Below are positions 1 through 8,657 of a stretch of DNA of 32,000 bases, one piece after another. Both the position numbers and the translations under genes were made by a program. The stretch is from NCBI RefSeq assembly GCF_000020025.1, contig NC_010628.1, forward strand, positions 6,270,001 to 6,302,000. The letters are read 5' to 3'. This stretch comes from Nostoc punctiforme PCC 73102 (GTDB taxonomy: Bacteria; Cyanobacteriota; Cyanobacteriia; Cyanobacteriales; Nostocaceae). Position 1 is the first letter of the stretch, and each line of letters starts with the position of its first letter. The notes below the pieces were generated by a model. It was given only the letters and a program-made list of their open reading frames with translations, made no database searches and was not told where the DNA came from.

Positions 1-834
1 AATAATTACAATTTTAGAATTATTCGATTGAGCTAGCTTTTCTGTGGCTTCAATCGCTCGTAATTGTAGCACTTGGTTGCTAAGTCCACCGGAGATAATT
101 TTTTGAGAATCAGCTATGCCTTGAGCTTCAATACGCTTTCGTTCTGCCTCTTGACGCTCTTTCTCTAAAACAAATTTCATTTGCTGGTTTTCTTGCTCTG
201 TCTTGAGTTTGTTTTGAATTGCCACTTGGAGAATATCAGGCATTTTGACGTTTCGTAAAAGAGCTTCCTCAACAATGAAACCCAAAGCCGGTATTTCTTC
301 GGTGAGTTGTTGGTCAATTTTTTGGGCGATTTCTTGACGTTTGGTAGAGTAAATAGCACTGGCTGGGTAGTTTGCGGTGATAGCGCGAACAGTAGAGCGG
401 AATCTGGAAATTACCAGTTGTGTTTCATCAGTTCCAATGGTTTTATATACTGTAGCTGCTTTCTGGGGATCGAGCTTGTACTGAAGACTGACATCAAGAT
501 TTAGACTCAAACCTTCTTGGGTTGTCACATCTATGTTTTCCTTCACATCCTTAATGCGAGTGGAAAAATTCAGCACTTTGTTAAAGGGGCTCAACAAGTG
601 GACACCAGGATTAAGAGTGCTTTCGGAAACCTCACCAAATAAGTTGACGACACCAATATTGCCTGGTGGGACAATCACCAAAAGCCTAGAAATAGAATTC
701 AGTATTGCAATACTGCTAATCAATATCGTAATTGTGCGTATTGCTAAACGTGACTTTTCGCCAGAGATCCTACCTGTATTGAGATAAACGAGGATTCCAA
801 TCAGGCTAGTTAGAAGAGAGATTATAAAGCCCAT
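1..834 (-). CDS. SPFH/band-7 (prohibitin/HflC-like) membrane protein; the 3' end runs off the window start
   Basis: Missing from the ORF track because there is no stop inside the window. The reverse complement from ATG at 834-832 is open for 278 codons: MGFIISLLTSLIGILVYLNTG...VIVPPGNIGVVNLFGEV...GLSLNLDVSLQYKLDPQKAATVYKTIG...EKERQEAERKRIEAQGIADSQKII. An N-terminal TM helix, an SPFH core and a charged coiled-coil tail are typical of the family. Confidence 0.8.
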   Translation of the reverse strand, partial: MGFIISLLTSLIGILVYLNTGRISGEKSRLAIRTITILISSIAILNSISRLLVIVPPGNIGVVNLFGEVSESTLNPGVHLLSPFNKVLNFSTRIKDVKENIDVTTQEGLSLNLDVSLQYKLDPQKAATVYKTIGTDETQLVISRFRSTVRAITANYPASAIYSTKRQEIAQKIDQQLTEEIPALGFIVEEALLRNVKMPDILQVAIQNKLKTEQENQQMKFVLEKERQEAERKRIEAQGIADSQKIISGGLSNQVLQLRAIEATEKLAQSNNSKIVII

Positions 835-1058
835 GAGTTTTTCTGTGTGGTTAAGATGGATAGACTTAATCACATAATTCCCAGATGCTTTTATAAAACT
901 TTCCCTCAAGGGCAGCAAGCTATAATTTTGCTTTGCCCTGTTTATTGTGGGCGGAACTCTTTTGTCATTGAGAAGGTTGATACCCCTTTTAACTCATTAC
1001 TCTTCATGGCAGCCAAGATTGTTAGGATAAACAGTAAGAATATTGTTTTGCCAAGCTT

Positions 1059-1319
1059 ATGCCTTCACCGTTTCCAGGGATGAACCCTTACCTAGAAAAT
1101 CCCGAATTCTGGGCTGAAGTTCACAGTCGGTTGATAATTGCGATCGCAGATGTAATTGCTCCTCAACTACGACCCAAATATCGAGTAGCGGTTGAAAAAC
1201 GAGTATATCAGATGACAGATGAAAATTCTATTCTAGTTGGTATTCCTGATGTGGTTGTTGCACGTTCTTTAACAAACACAGAAAAGAACCGTCTAAGGCA
1301 GCACTTCCGGCTGCTATGA
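1059..1319 (+). pseudogene. DUF4058-family protein; only about the first 77 N-terminal residues are retained
   Basis: MPSPFPGMNPYLENPEFWAEVHSRLIIAIADVIAPQLRPKYRVAVEKRVY matches the conserved DUF4058 N-terminus. As I recall, family members are about 250 aa. Here the frame ends after 86 codons, and an opposite-strand transposase remnant begins at that point. Confidence 0.6.
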
Positions 1320-1532
1320 GGTACAGTAACAGCAATTAGCAAACCAGTTTCTTAAATGTTGAGGATTTATTAAATCAAGCGCAATTGAAATTATTTGATC
1401 TACCCTTTTTGTGGTAGTCGGTGAAAACATTCGTAAGATCATCCTGCAGATAAGAGTAAAGTCTTTGATTGTGCGATTAACTTCCCTCCCAATGGAAAAG
1501 CAATAAGATTGGAAAACATACAAGCATTCCAA
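1314..1532 (-). mobile_element. IS630-family transposase C-terminal remnant (degenerate, no catalytic domain)
   Basis: The ORF ends ...DQIISIALDLINPQHLRNWFANCCYCTS. The NWFxHC(C/G)Y tail is what I recall for cyanobacterial IS630-family transposases. The upstream region has stops and frame changes, and no DDE region is present. Confidence 0.45.
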
Positions 1533-1605
1533 GAACGGTGGAGTACAGAAGGATTAGCGTTTCAACAGCACCTTCAAAGCGTATTAAATATTCATTAATA
1601 AAAAT

Positions 1606-1627
1606 CCCCGCATATTTAAATGCAGGG
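1606..1627 (-). terminator. Rho-independent terminator downstream of the EF-G-like gene
   Basis: On the minus strand, CCCTGCAT-TTAAAT-ATGCGGGG forms an 8-bp stem with one G-U pair. It is followed by ATTTTTATT and lies 25 nt after the stop at 1652. Confidence 0.5.
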
Positions 1628-1651
1628 CTTTGATTTCAGATAAATCCAAAA

Positions 1652-3700
1652 TTACTTGCCATTGCCGTTACTACCATTGCCATTGCTGTGAATGACACGT
1701 TCAGCGAGTTTTTCCGGCACTTCCTGGAGATGGTCATATTCCCAATGGAAGGAACCAACGCCCAAGGTGAGCGATCGCAGCTCTACAATAAAGTTTTGCA
1801 TCTCTGCTTGTGGCAAGTATGCAGAGACATTATCCCAGCCTTGCCAATCGTTTCTGCCCTCATAGCCTAAAATTTGCCCTCGTCTACCACTCAACAGTTG
1901 CAGCACTTTCGAGGTAAATTCGCTCGGTGTAGTCACTTCCACGCGCAGAATTGGTTCTAACAGGGTAGGTTCTGCTTGGGGTATCCCCGTTTGCATTGCC
2001 AATCGGGCAGCTTGCTTAAAGGCTTGTTCGGAACTGTCAACGTTGTGATAGGAACCATTAGTCAGAGTTACCGCTAAATCCACTAATGGGAAGCCCAAAG
2101 GCCCATGTGTCAGAAATTCCCGCACGCCCATTTCCACCCCAGGAATGTACTGTTTGGGAACCACGCCACCAACAATAGTTTCATTAAAGTTGAAACCTGT
2201 GCCGCGTGGTAGGGGTTTGATGTCGAGAAAAACGTCACCAAACTGTCCGTGACCACCGCTTTGGTGCTTGTAGCGTCCATGAACTGAAGCCACCGTTTTG
2301 CGGATGGTTTCTTTGTAAGGCACTTGCGGTAAGTGGGTTGTCATTGGCAAGTTATATTTGCGGCGCAGTCTGTCTAGGGCGACTTGTAAATGAATCTCGC
2401 CTTGACCCCACAAGATAACTTCGTGAGTATCGCCGTGTTGTTCCCAAGCAAGTGAACAGTCTTCCTCCAATAACTTGGTGATGGCACCGCTGAGTTTAAC
2501 TTCATCGTTGCGCTTTTCTGGTGTAATGGCGAGAGCATACACTGGTTCCAACTCTACAGCTTTGGGTAATTTTATTGCCGACTGCTGTTCTGTGGAGATT
2601 GTATCGCCTGTCTTGATTCCTTCTAAACGGCTCAATGCAACAATTTCACCAGCACTAACTTGGTTAACTGACTGCTGTTGCTGTCCCATGAGGCGGTAAA
2701 TTCCACCAGTGCGAATGCCATTGAGGACAATACCATCAGTTAATTTACCTCGCCAAACACGCACGAGAGAGAGTTTGCCACCTTGGGGAGTGTAGTAAGT
2801 TTTTAATACCTGTGCTAAAGGCGTATCACCTTTTAAGTTTTTTAAGCGACGTTCTGCTGTAGTTTCTGGTTCGGGTGCTTCCCGTAACAAGGCTTCTAAT
2901 AGAGGTCTAACACCATAATCTTGTTCTGCCACACCAAAGAAAACGGGGACTACTAAATCTGCCCCTAATTCCATTTTTAAATCTTTAAGGATTTCCTCTT
3001 GGGGTGGTTCGATGTCTTCTAAAAGTTCTTCGAGTAAATGGTCGTCAAAATTTGCTAGAGCTTCGAGCATTTCTGCTCGTGCTATATGTTCTTCTTCTTT
3101 TAAGCTTTCAGGGAAGGGAATGGGGTCAGCCGGTGCGCCTGGATGATATTGATATGCCTGTTCGCTCACCATATCAATAAAGCCGGTGAGTTGTTCCCCG
3201 TTCATGATGGGATATTGATGCGCTACCAGGGGACGGCTAGATACTGCTTTCAGGGCGTGTAACGTTTCTAGAACGTGAATATTTGCCCGATCCATTTTGT
3301 TGACGAAGACGAGATGGGGAATTTCCCAATCGTCGAGGAATTTAAATAGAGGGGCGAGGGTGAGGACGCGATCGCGGATGGGTTCGCAAACTACAATTGC
3401 CGCATCAACTCCCATTAAAGCATTGTACGTTTCTTGAGCAAATTCTACACTTCCCGGACAGTCAATAAAAGTAAAGCGAATGCCGTTATACTCAGTGCTA
3501 GCGGCGCTGACTTCTACACTCATGTGGCGATCGCGCGACTCGGCAGCACTATCTCCCACTGTATTGCTGTCCTTAACACTCCCTTTGCGAGAAATTGCCC
3601 CTGTGACAAATAACAAGCTTTCTAGTAAAGTGGTTTTTCCACTTAAATAAGGCCCGACAATTGCAACATTCCGCGAACCCGATTTTACTTTTTCGTTCAT
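1652..3700 (-). CDS. Elongation factor G-like translational GTPase (EF-G paralog)
   Basis: 682 aa. G1 motif VGPYLSGKTTLLE, DCPG switch II and NKMD G4 are present, followed by EF-G domains II-V. GGAGG lies 5 nt upstream of the ATG. The C-terminal tail SNGNGSNGNGK is unusual. Confidence 0.9.
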   Translation of the reverse strand: MNEKVKSGSRNVAIVGPYLSGKTTLLESLLFVTGAISRKGSVKDSNTVGDSAAESRDRHMSVEVSAASTEYNGIRFTFIDCPGSVEFAQETYNALMGVDAAIVVCEPIRDRVLTLAPLFKFLDDWEIPHLVFVNKMDRANIHVLETLHALKAVSSRPLVAHQYPIMNGEQLTGFIDMVSEQAYQYHPGAPADPIPFPESLKEEEHIARAEMLEALANFDDHLLEELLEDIEPPQEEILKDLKMELGADLVVPVFFGVAEQDYGVRPLLEALLREAPEPETTAERRLKNLKGDTPLAQVLKTYYTPQGGKLSLVRVWRGKLTDGIVLNGIRTGGIYRLMGQQQQSVNQVSAGEIVALSRLEGIKTGDTISTEQQSAIKLPKAVELEPVYALAITPEKRNDEVKLSGAITKLLEEDCSLAWEQHGDTHEVILWGQGEIHLQVALDRLRRKYNLPMTTHLPQVPYKETIRKTVASVHGRYKHQSGGHGQFGDVFLDIKPLPRGTGFNFNETIVGGVVPKQYIPGVEMGVREFLTHGPLGFPLVDLAVTLTNGSYHNVDSSEQAFKQAARLAMQTGIPQAEPTLLEPILRVEVTTPSEFTSKVLQLLSGRRGQILGYEGRNDWQGWDNVSAYLPQAEMQNFIVELRSLTLGVGSFHWEYDHLQEVPEKLAERVIHSNGNGSNGNGK

Positions 3701-3759
3701 AAAATCCTCCTTGCGGTAAGTCTTTTATAACCGCATGATTCCGTATATATCAAGGGTTG

Positions 3760-3970
3760 AAGAAGAATCCAGCTATTCTGAATGAGCTAAACGCCCCGCT
3801 AGCGCTAACAGGATTCGGAATCAAGACATTAGCGAGTCCGCGAGCGTCTTAAACCGATTTATTCATCCACCAGCGATGCACTGAGTTTCGGCTACGCTCA
3901 ACTACCGCAGGTCGTTGTGTCGTACAGAATTCATTCTGAATTCTGGCTCCTGACTCCTGAATTCTATTTG
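3760..3970. repeat. Cluster of small dispersed repeats in the EF-G-like/TPR divergent intergenic region
   Basis: acagaattcattct (3924-3937) recurs at 9941-9954. cctgaattct (3956-3965) recurs at 9994-10003. cgagcgtct (3841-3849) recurs in other repeat blocks. Confidence 0.5.
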
Positions 3971-4159
3971 ATCAAAAAATGGTTCTCTGGAGTCAAAATT
4001 ACCCCTTCTTTAATTTGTTATTATCCTTCTTTTAATCGAAAGTTAAAAAAATTGTAGCCTGTCGTAAGATTTAGCTTAATAAAAGTTAATTTTAGTAAAG
4101 ATTAATAGCGAATCTAAAATTTTTGTAAATAACTTTTTATGAAGTAAATTTAACTGAAA

Positions 4160-5104
4160 GTGTTGCGAATCAGAAAATCAATGAGATTATCATTTTCTAA
4201 ATATCCCATAGCAGGGTTAGTCAGTTTGACTTTGTTGGTTGTTAGTATTCCCTCCCCTTCTCTTTCTCTCTCTGAGTATGTCCCTTCAGAGCTGGCAAAA
4301 TCTAATGGGAAAACAGCCATAGACTGGCTAAACCAAGGTTTACAGGCAATTCAGGCGGGCAAAGTAAAAGATGCGATCGCAGCCTTTAAACAAGCAGCCA
4401 AGTTAGATCCAACATTAGCACCAGCGTACTATAATTTAGGGCTAGCGTACCGACAAACAGGACAATTACAACCCTCTGCGGACGCATTTTATCGAGCGAC
4501 GCAAGCCGATCCTAAGTTTGCTCCAGCTTTTGCTAATTTAGGTGGTGCGCTATTAGAAGGCAATAATTTACAGTTAGCTAATGATTATTTGCAACGAGCG
4601 TTAGAACTCGATCCAAAATTGGGATTTGCCCACTATAATTTTGGGTTAGTAAGAGAGCAGCAAGGAGATTGTGAGAAAGCGATCGCATCTTTTAAACAAG
4701 CCATAGAATATAGCAAAAATGCACCAGAACCTCCTTACCATATAGGGATGTGTTATCTCCAACAAGGGAAACTCGATCGAGCAAGAGATGCCTTTAATCA
4801 AGCAGTAAAAATTAATCCGAAATATCCAGAAGCTTACTACAATCTTGGTTCGATTTGGTTTCAGCAAAACAAGTTACAAGAAGCATTAGAGGCTTTTAGA
4901 AAATCAGCCGAAGCTAACTCTAACTATCCCAACGCTTATTATGGTGCAGGGTTAGTTTTTATGCAGTTAAAGCAATATGGAGATGCAGTACAAGTATTCA
5001 AATTTGCTAGAGATTTATATAATGCTCAGAAGAATCCTCAGTGGGCGAAAAATGCCGAGCAATTGTTGCAACAAGCACAAAATTTAAATTACCAACCTCG
5101 CTGA
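4160..5104 (+). CDS. Secreted tetratricopeptide-repeat (TPR) protein
   Basis: The protein has a hydrophobic signal-like N-terminus followed by about six TPR units (AxAYYNLGLAY..G....A...Y..A...DP). The true start is more likely the ATG at 4181 (MRLSFSKYPIAG...) than the GTG at 4160. Confidence 0.85.
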   Translation: MLRIRKSMRLSFSKYPIAGLVSLTLLVVSIPSPSLSLSEYVPSELAKSNGKTAIDWLNQGLQAIQAGKVKDAIAAFKQAAKLDPTLAPAYYNLGLAYRQTGQLQPSADAFYRATQADPKFAPAFANLGGALLEGNNLQLANDYLQRALELDPKLGFAHYNFGLVREQQGDCEKAIASFKQAIEYSKNAPEPPYHIGMCYLQQGKLDRARDAFNQAVKINPKYPEAYYNLGSIWFQQNKLQEALEAFRKSAEANSNYPNAYYGAGLVFMQLKQYGDAVQVFKFARDLYNAQKNPQWAKNAEQLLQQAQNLNYQPR

Positions 5105-5155
5105 GGCGCAAACGCTTAATATTGCATAACATAAAACTATTGGGCTGACTCGCTG

Positions 5156-5740
5156 GTGTTGTCTGAACTTGTCCCGATTGGAAAAATGTACATGCAAAAG
5201 CGCCAGAAAAGTCGATTTTTATTTAGCGATCGCTGGCTTGATCGGCACTCAATTGTTCGCAACATGGAAGCCTTTCAAGACTTAATTGTGATTGTCTTGT
5301 GTTTAGGTTTATTCGCCGTCATGCTGATCCAATTGTGGGGAATAGCTATCGCCCTCACGCAGCCACTAGACTATAAACACGTGACTGCAAAAATACTATT
5401 TGTGTTAATTTTAGTCGAGTTATTTCGGCTATTAATGGTCTACTTACAAGAACATAGTATCTCTGTGGGAGTAGCAGTTGAGGTAACAATTGTATCCCTA
5501 CTACGAGAAATAGTAGTTCACGGAGCGCTGGAAATTTCTTGGGTTAATACGCTTGCAATTTGTGGTTTGTTATTTGTTCTGGGTGGACTACTCGTAGTCT
5601 GTGCTAAAACTCCACACATGGATTGTATGAGCGCTAACACTAAGTTTTGTCCGGTTATGTATAGAGGAGGTAGGGAACGGCAAAATGATTTGGAATTCCA
5701 GTATTCACGTCAATGTGATGAAAATAAACCGCTTGGCTAA
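5156..5740 (+). CDS. PsiE-like (phosphate-starvation-inducible E family) integral membrane protein
   Basis: Four predicted TM helices and the segment ILFVLILVELFRLLMVYLQEHSISVGVAVEVTIVSLLREIVV resemble the PsiE family. The start is uncertain, with ATG candidates at 5186 and 5192. Confidence 0.55.
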   Translation: MLSELVPIGKMYMQKRQKSRFLFSDRWLDRHSIVRNMEAFQDLIVIVLCLGLFAVMLIQLWGIAIALTQPLDYKHVTAKILFVLILVELFRLLMVYLQEHSISVGVAVEVTIVSLLREIVVHGALEISWVNTLAICGLLFVLGGLLVVCAKTPHMDCMSANTKFCPVMYRGGRERQNDLEFQYSRQCDENKPLG

Positions 5741-5763
5741 ATTCTAATGAAAATAAGGAGTAG

Positions 5764-5787
5764 GGAGATGAGGTAGAATTTTCTCCC
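5764..5787 (+). terminator. Possible weak terminator after the PsiE-like gene
   Basis: GGGAGA-N12-TCTCCC hairpin followed by TTGTCTGT. The stem is short and the U-tract is poor. Confidence 0.3.
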
Positions 5788-6032
5788 TTGTCTGTCCTAT
5801 CTCCTGATTTATCTGTTGACTAATAAAATATCCTCTTAGATGTGTAGAGTCAGTAAAACTCCAACTTGCTGCTTACGACTTGCTTATTTCTTAGTTTCAA
5901 ATCTAATTCTTTAGCAATATAGCAATCCTATTTGATTGGTGAGAATTGGAACCCGCAGATCCCCGACTTATCTTATTTTTTACGCATCAGTAATGGAAAA
6001 ATGAGATTGGATAAGGCTGAGGTAATTGGAAA

Positions 6033-6150
6033 GCGATGTCTACGACGGTCACTGAGCCTTGTCGTACCACTTCGTGGAAGCAAGCTACGCGGAGCGTCTG
6101 TCTGCGACACGCTGCGCGAACGTAGAGAAGTGCGGGCTACGCCTACGCAC
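6033..6150 (+). repeat. Composite nested small dispersed repeat (the 30-nt outer element interrupted by other repeat blocks)
   Basis: It starts with gcgatgtctacgacgg and ends with gggctacgcctacgca, which are the two halves of the intact 30-mer at 6762-6791. They are separated by about 86 nt, including tcgtaccacttcgtggaagcaagctacgcggagcgtct. Confidence 0.8.
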
Positions 6151-6274
6151 TGAATACTATAAACTACACTCGCAAGGTACTTCCGACGTATTGAAATATA
6201 CTCTTTTTGGAAGATGAATCGCTTTTTAAGGGTGAGTATAAAGTTAATTAGAAATTCTAAAAGAGGATCGAGCA

Positions 6275-6520
6275 ATGGCTACAAATACAGGTAACGAACA
6301 GTCTCAAACAGCTATTAGCGACTTGGAGTATGATTTTGTCACCGTTTTGCACAACAAAGCTGAAGCCGTTAAAGCCTACGATGCCTACATCAAAGATGCA
6401 GAGCAAGTAGGTTCTCAGCCTTGTGTAGAGTTGTTCCAAAAATTGCGCCAATCTGATATTGAACACGCACAAGAGATTCGCCAGCATCTACAGCAAGTGC
6501 TGCAACACGGTAAGATGTAA
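6275..6520 (+). CDS. Small all-helical hypothetical protein (81 aa)
   Basis: GAGGA lies 8 nt upstream of the ATG. The sequence is helical and charged (LEYDFVTVLHNKAEAVKAYDAYIKDAEQ...IEHAQEIRQHLQQVL). I do not recognise the family with confidence. Confidence 0.55.
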   Translation: MATNTGNEQSQTAISDLEYDFVTVLHNKAEAVKAYDAYIKDAEQVGSQPCVELFQKLRQSDIEHAQEIRQHLQQVLQHGKM

Positions 6521-6534
6521 CCCAGGTTTTTAAC

Positions 6535-6633
6535 TGCGTAGGCGTAGCCCTTCTCCTGTCGGAGACGCTGCGCGTAGCTTGCTTCCACGAAGTGGTACGG
6601 CTGCGCTCAGGAACCACCCCTCGTAGACATCGC
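6535..6633 (-). repeat. Second composite nested repeat, inverted relative to 6033-6150
   Basis: Its reverse complement reads gcgatgtctacga...ccgtaccacttcgtggaagcaagctacgcgcagcgtct...gggctacgcctacgca. The 38-nt inner block matches 6062-6099 at 36 of 38 positions. Confidence 0.8.
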
Positions 6634-6679
6634 TTCTACTTTAGTGAACCTAAATAGGACTTACGCAAAATTATATGCG

Positions 6680-6707
6680 GTAGGGGCAATTCATTAATTG
6701 CCCCTAC
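6680..6707. repeat. Perfect hairpin repeat gtaggggcaatt-catt-aattgcccctac
   Basis: A 12-bp perfect stem with a 4-nt loop, preceded by ggacttacgcaaaa (cttacgcaaaa recurs at 9769-9779). No U-tract follows on either strand, so it is more likely a repeat element than a terminator. Confidence 0.6.
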
Positions 6708-6761
6708 CAGAAAATCAAGTTTGGGCTATTTTTTGGGTAAACCCTGCTAAATAAAAAAGAG

Positions 6762-6791
6762 GCGATGTCTACGACGGGCTACGCCTACGCA
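6762..6791 (+). repeat. Uninterrupted copy of the 30-nt small dispersed repeat
   Basis: gcgatgtctacgacgggctacgcctacgca. The same ends flank the composite elements at 6033-6150 and 6535-6633. A 27/30 match lies in the kinase CDS at 31841-31870. Confidence 0.8.
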
Positions 6792-6897
6792 CTTTACGTA
6801 AAAACTTTATTAACCGATATCTTGCACACTTTGTTTAAGAAATATATAGTACAGTGTTTCCAGAGATAAAGCGCAATACTCAGACAATCGCCCACTA

Positions 6898-7550
6898 TCA
6901 GCCAGACTGATTCTGGGCTACTTGCTGTACTTGCGCCACCGTTAAATCGAGAGCCACCGCCACTTGTTCCACACTCAACCCCAATGCCAATAACCGGGGA
7001 ATAGCTTCTAACTTAGCTTCCTGTTTACCTTCCTGTCTGCCTTCCTGTCTACCTTCCTCCAAGCCATCTTGCTTGATAGATTGATACATCCTTGTTTTTT
7101 TGAATTCGTCGTCTATACCCAACATTTCTGCTAACTCCTCTCGGCTTAACCGGGTAAATTTGTACAACAGGATAGTCTCTATCAATTCTACAATTTGCTT
7201 CCTGGTTGCTTCATCCGCTAGTTGTTGCCTTGCTTGTAAAATCAATTCTCTACTTTTGTCAACGGCTGTCTCTTCTCTTTCGATGATTAATTTAACGATC
7301 GCAACTTGAAGTGAGTTCTCCGCCGTATCTAATTCATCTAGATAAATACGTTGCACTCAACAAAGTAGAGTGGTTGATTTGTGGTTTCAGTTGTGGGCAT
7401 GAATACCCCATCAATCCTAAAAGCCGTTTCTTTTAGTTCGACTGAAACAAATTGATATGCGTTGACGTTGACAGTATTATCGCCAATTATTGCAAAAAAT
7501 ATGCTAGGAAAAGATTGAAATAAACTATAAAATATTTTGTCAGTTTGCAC
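6898..7550 (-). pseudogene. Rpn-family (DUF2887/DUF4351-type) putative nuclease, with an internal deletion and frameshift
   Basis: The N-terminal ORF (7550-7338) reads MQTDKIFYSLFQSFPSIFF...FRIDGVFMP...PLYFVE and then CNVFI-stop. The C-terminal ORF (7356-6898) starts VQRIYLDEL... and ends with the DUF4351-like tail GRQEGRQEGKQEAKLEAIPRLLALGLSVEQVA. The two frames overlap by 19 nt. The roughly 60 residues that family members carry between YFVEVQ and R[IV]YLDEL are missing. Confidence 0.7.
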
Positions 7551-7628
7551 TTGGATTTAGTCAAGCGGGAATTGGATATTCAAAGTTTATCAAAAATCGT
7601 GTATACACGTCTGATTACGCATTAAAAA

Positions 7629-7654
7629 AAGCAGATAGTAACCATCATCTGCTT
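7629..7654 (-). terminator. Rho-independent terminator after metF
   Basis: On the minus strand, AAGCAGAT-N10-ATCTGCTT forms an 8-bp stem followed by TTTTTTTAAT. It lies 25 nt downstream of the metF stop. Confidence 0.65.
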
Positions 7655-7678
7655 GAATTTAAAAAAACATTATTTCAT

Positions 7679-8599
7679 TTACTTAGATACCAACTGATTA
7701 ACTGGAGCAATCCCAGCCAAATCTAAAATTGGTGCGATCGCATCTTCCCGCTTGACTGCCATCAGATGGACACCTTGACACAATTGCCGTGCTATCTGCA
7801 CTTGTTCGGCTGCAATTTTTATCCCTTCCTCAAAAGGCTCTTTGGCTTTTGCCAATCTATCAATAATATGTTGGGGAATATTGACACCCGGAACACATCT
7901 ATTAATAAACTGAGCATTTTTTGCCGATTTCAACAGAAAAATTCCTGCCAAAATTGGTTTTTTATAGCCAGAGGCAATGGTATCCATAAACTTTTCTAGA
8001 CGTTCAAAATCGGTAATTAACTGACTTTGAAAAAATTGCGCTCCGGCTTCGATTTTGCGTTCAAATCGACTTTGTAAACCCGACCAACTTTTACATTGCG
8101 GATCTACTGCTGCACCAACAAATAAATCTAACGCTCCATCAGTCAAGGGTTTTTCGTTGCAATCAACGCCTTGATTCATCTTCCGAATTAGTTGCAGCAG
8201 TCGCACCGCTTCTAAGTCAAACACTGCTTTGGCATCTGGATGATCGCCTGCTTTTACTGGGTCTCCAGTCAAAGCTAAAATATTACGAATACCTAAAGCA
8301 TGAGCGCCCATCAAATCAGCTTGTAAACCAATGCGGTTGCGATCGCGGCAAGCAACTTGACAGATCGGCTCTATACCATTTTGTGACAAAATCACCGACG
8401 CGAGTAACGAAGACATCCGTAACACTGCGCGGCTACCATCAGTAACATTGACAGCATGAACCCTTCCCTTAAGAGTCGCCGCCATTTGAATCATGTGCGC
8501 TGGATTTCCCCCTTTCGGGGGTGCTACCTCGGCGGTAACTAGAAATTCACCTGCTTGTACAGCTCTACGGAAGGCTGTGGGGCTATGGGTGTGATACAT
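7679..8599 (-). CDS. metF: Methylenetetrahydrofolate reductase
   Basis: 306 aa. FLVTAEVAPPKG...HAVNVTDGSRAVLRMSSL...ACRDRNRIGLQADLMGAHALGIRNILALTGDP is typical of the short bacterial MTHFR family. Confidence 0.85.
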   Translation of the reverse strand: MYHTHSPTAFRRAVQAGEFLVTAEVAPPKGGNPAHMIQMAATLKGRVHAVNVTDGSRAVLRMSSLLASVILSQNGIEPICQVACRDRNRIGLQADLMGAHALGIRNILALTGDPVKAGDHPDAKAVFDLEAVRLLQLIRKMNQGVDCNEKPLTDGALDLFVGAAVDPQCKSWSGLQSRFERKIEAGAQFFQSQLITDFERLEKFMDTIASGYKKPILAGIFLLKSAKNAQFINRCVPGVNIPQHIIDRLAKAKEPFEEGIKIAAEQVQIARQLCQGVHLMAVKREDAIAPILDLAGIAPVNQLVSK

Positions 8600-8657
8600 A
8601 AAATTAAGAATTTCAATTTCTTAAATGGTATAGCAAATCACACCTAAAAGCGAAAAC

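Noticed and set aside
3701-4159. Possible tRNA or other structured RNA genes in the large intergenic regions (3701-4159, 5741-6274, 17062-17353, 26584-26809)
   Set aside because: I found no cloverleaf-compatible arms and no GTTCGAATC-type T-loop. The structured parts are explained by dispersed repeats and terminators.
5932-6617. ORFs 5932-6153 (+), 5973-6275 (-) and 6390-6617 (-) with Arg/Ser/Leu-rich translations
   Set aside because: They run through the composite dispersed repeats; peptides such as RGASVCDTLRERREVRATPTH are translations of the repeats. One of them overlaps the better-supported 81-aa gene in antisense.
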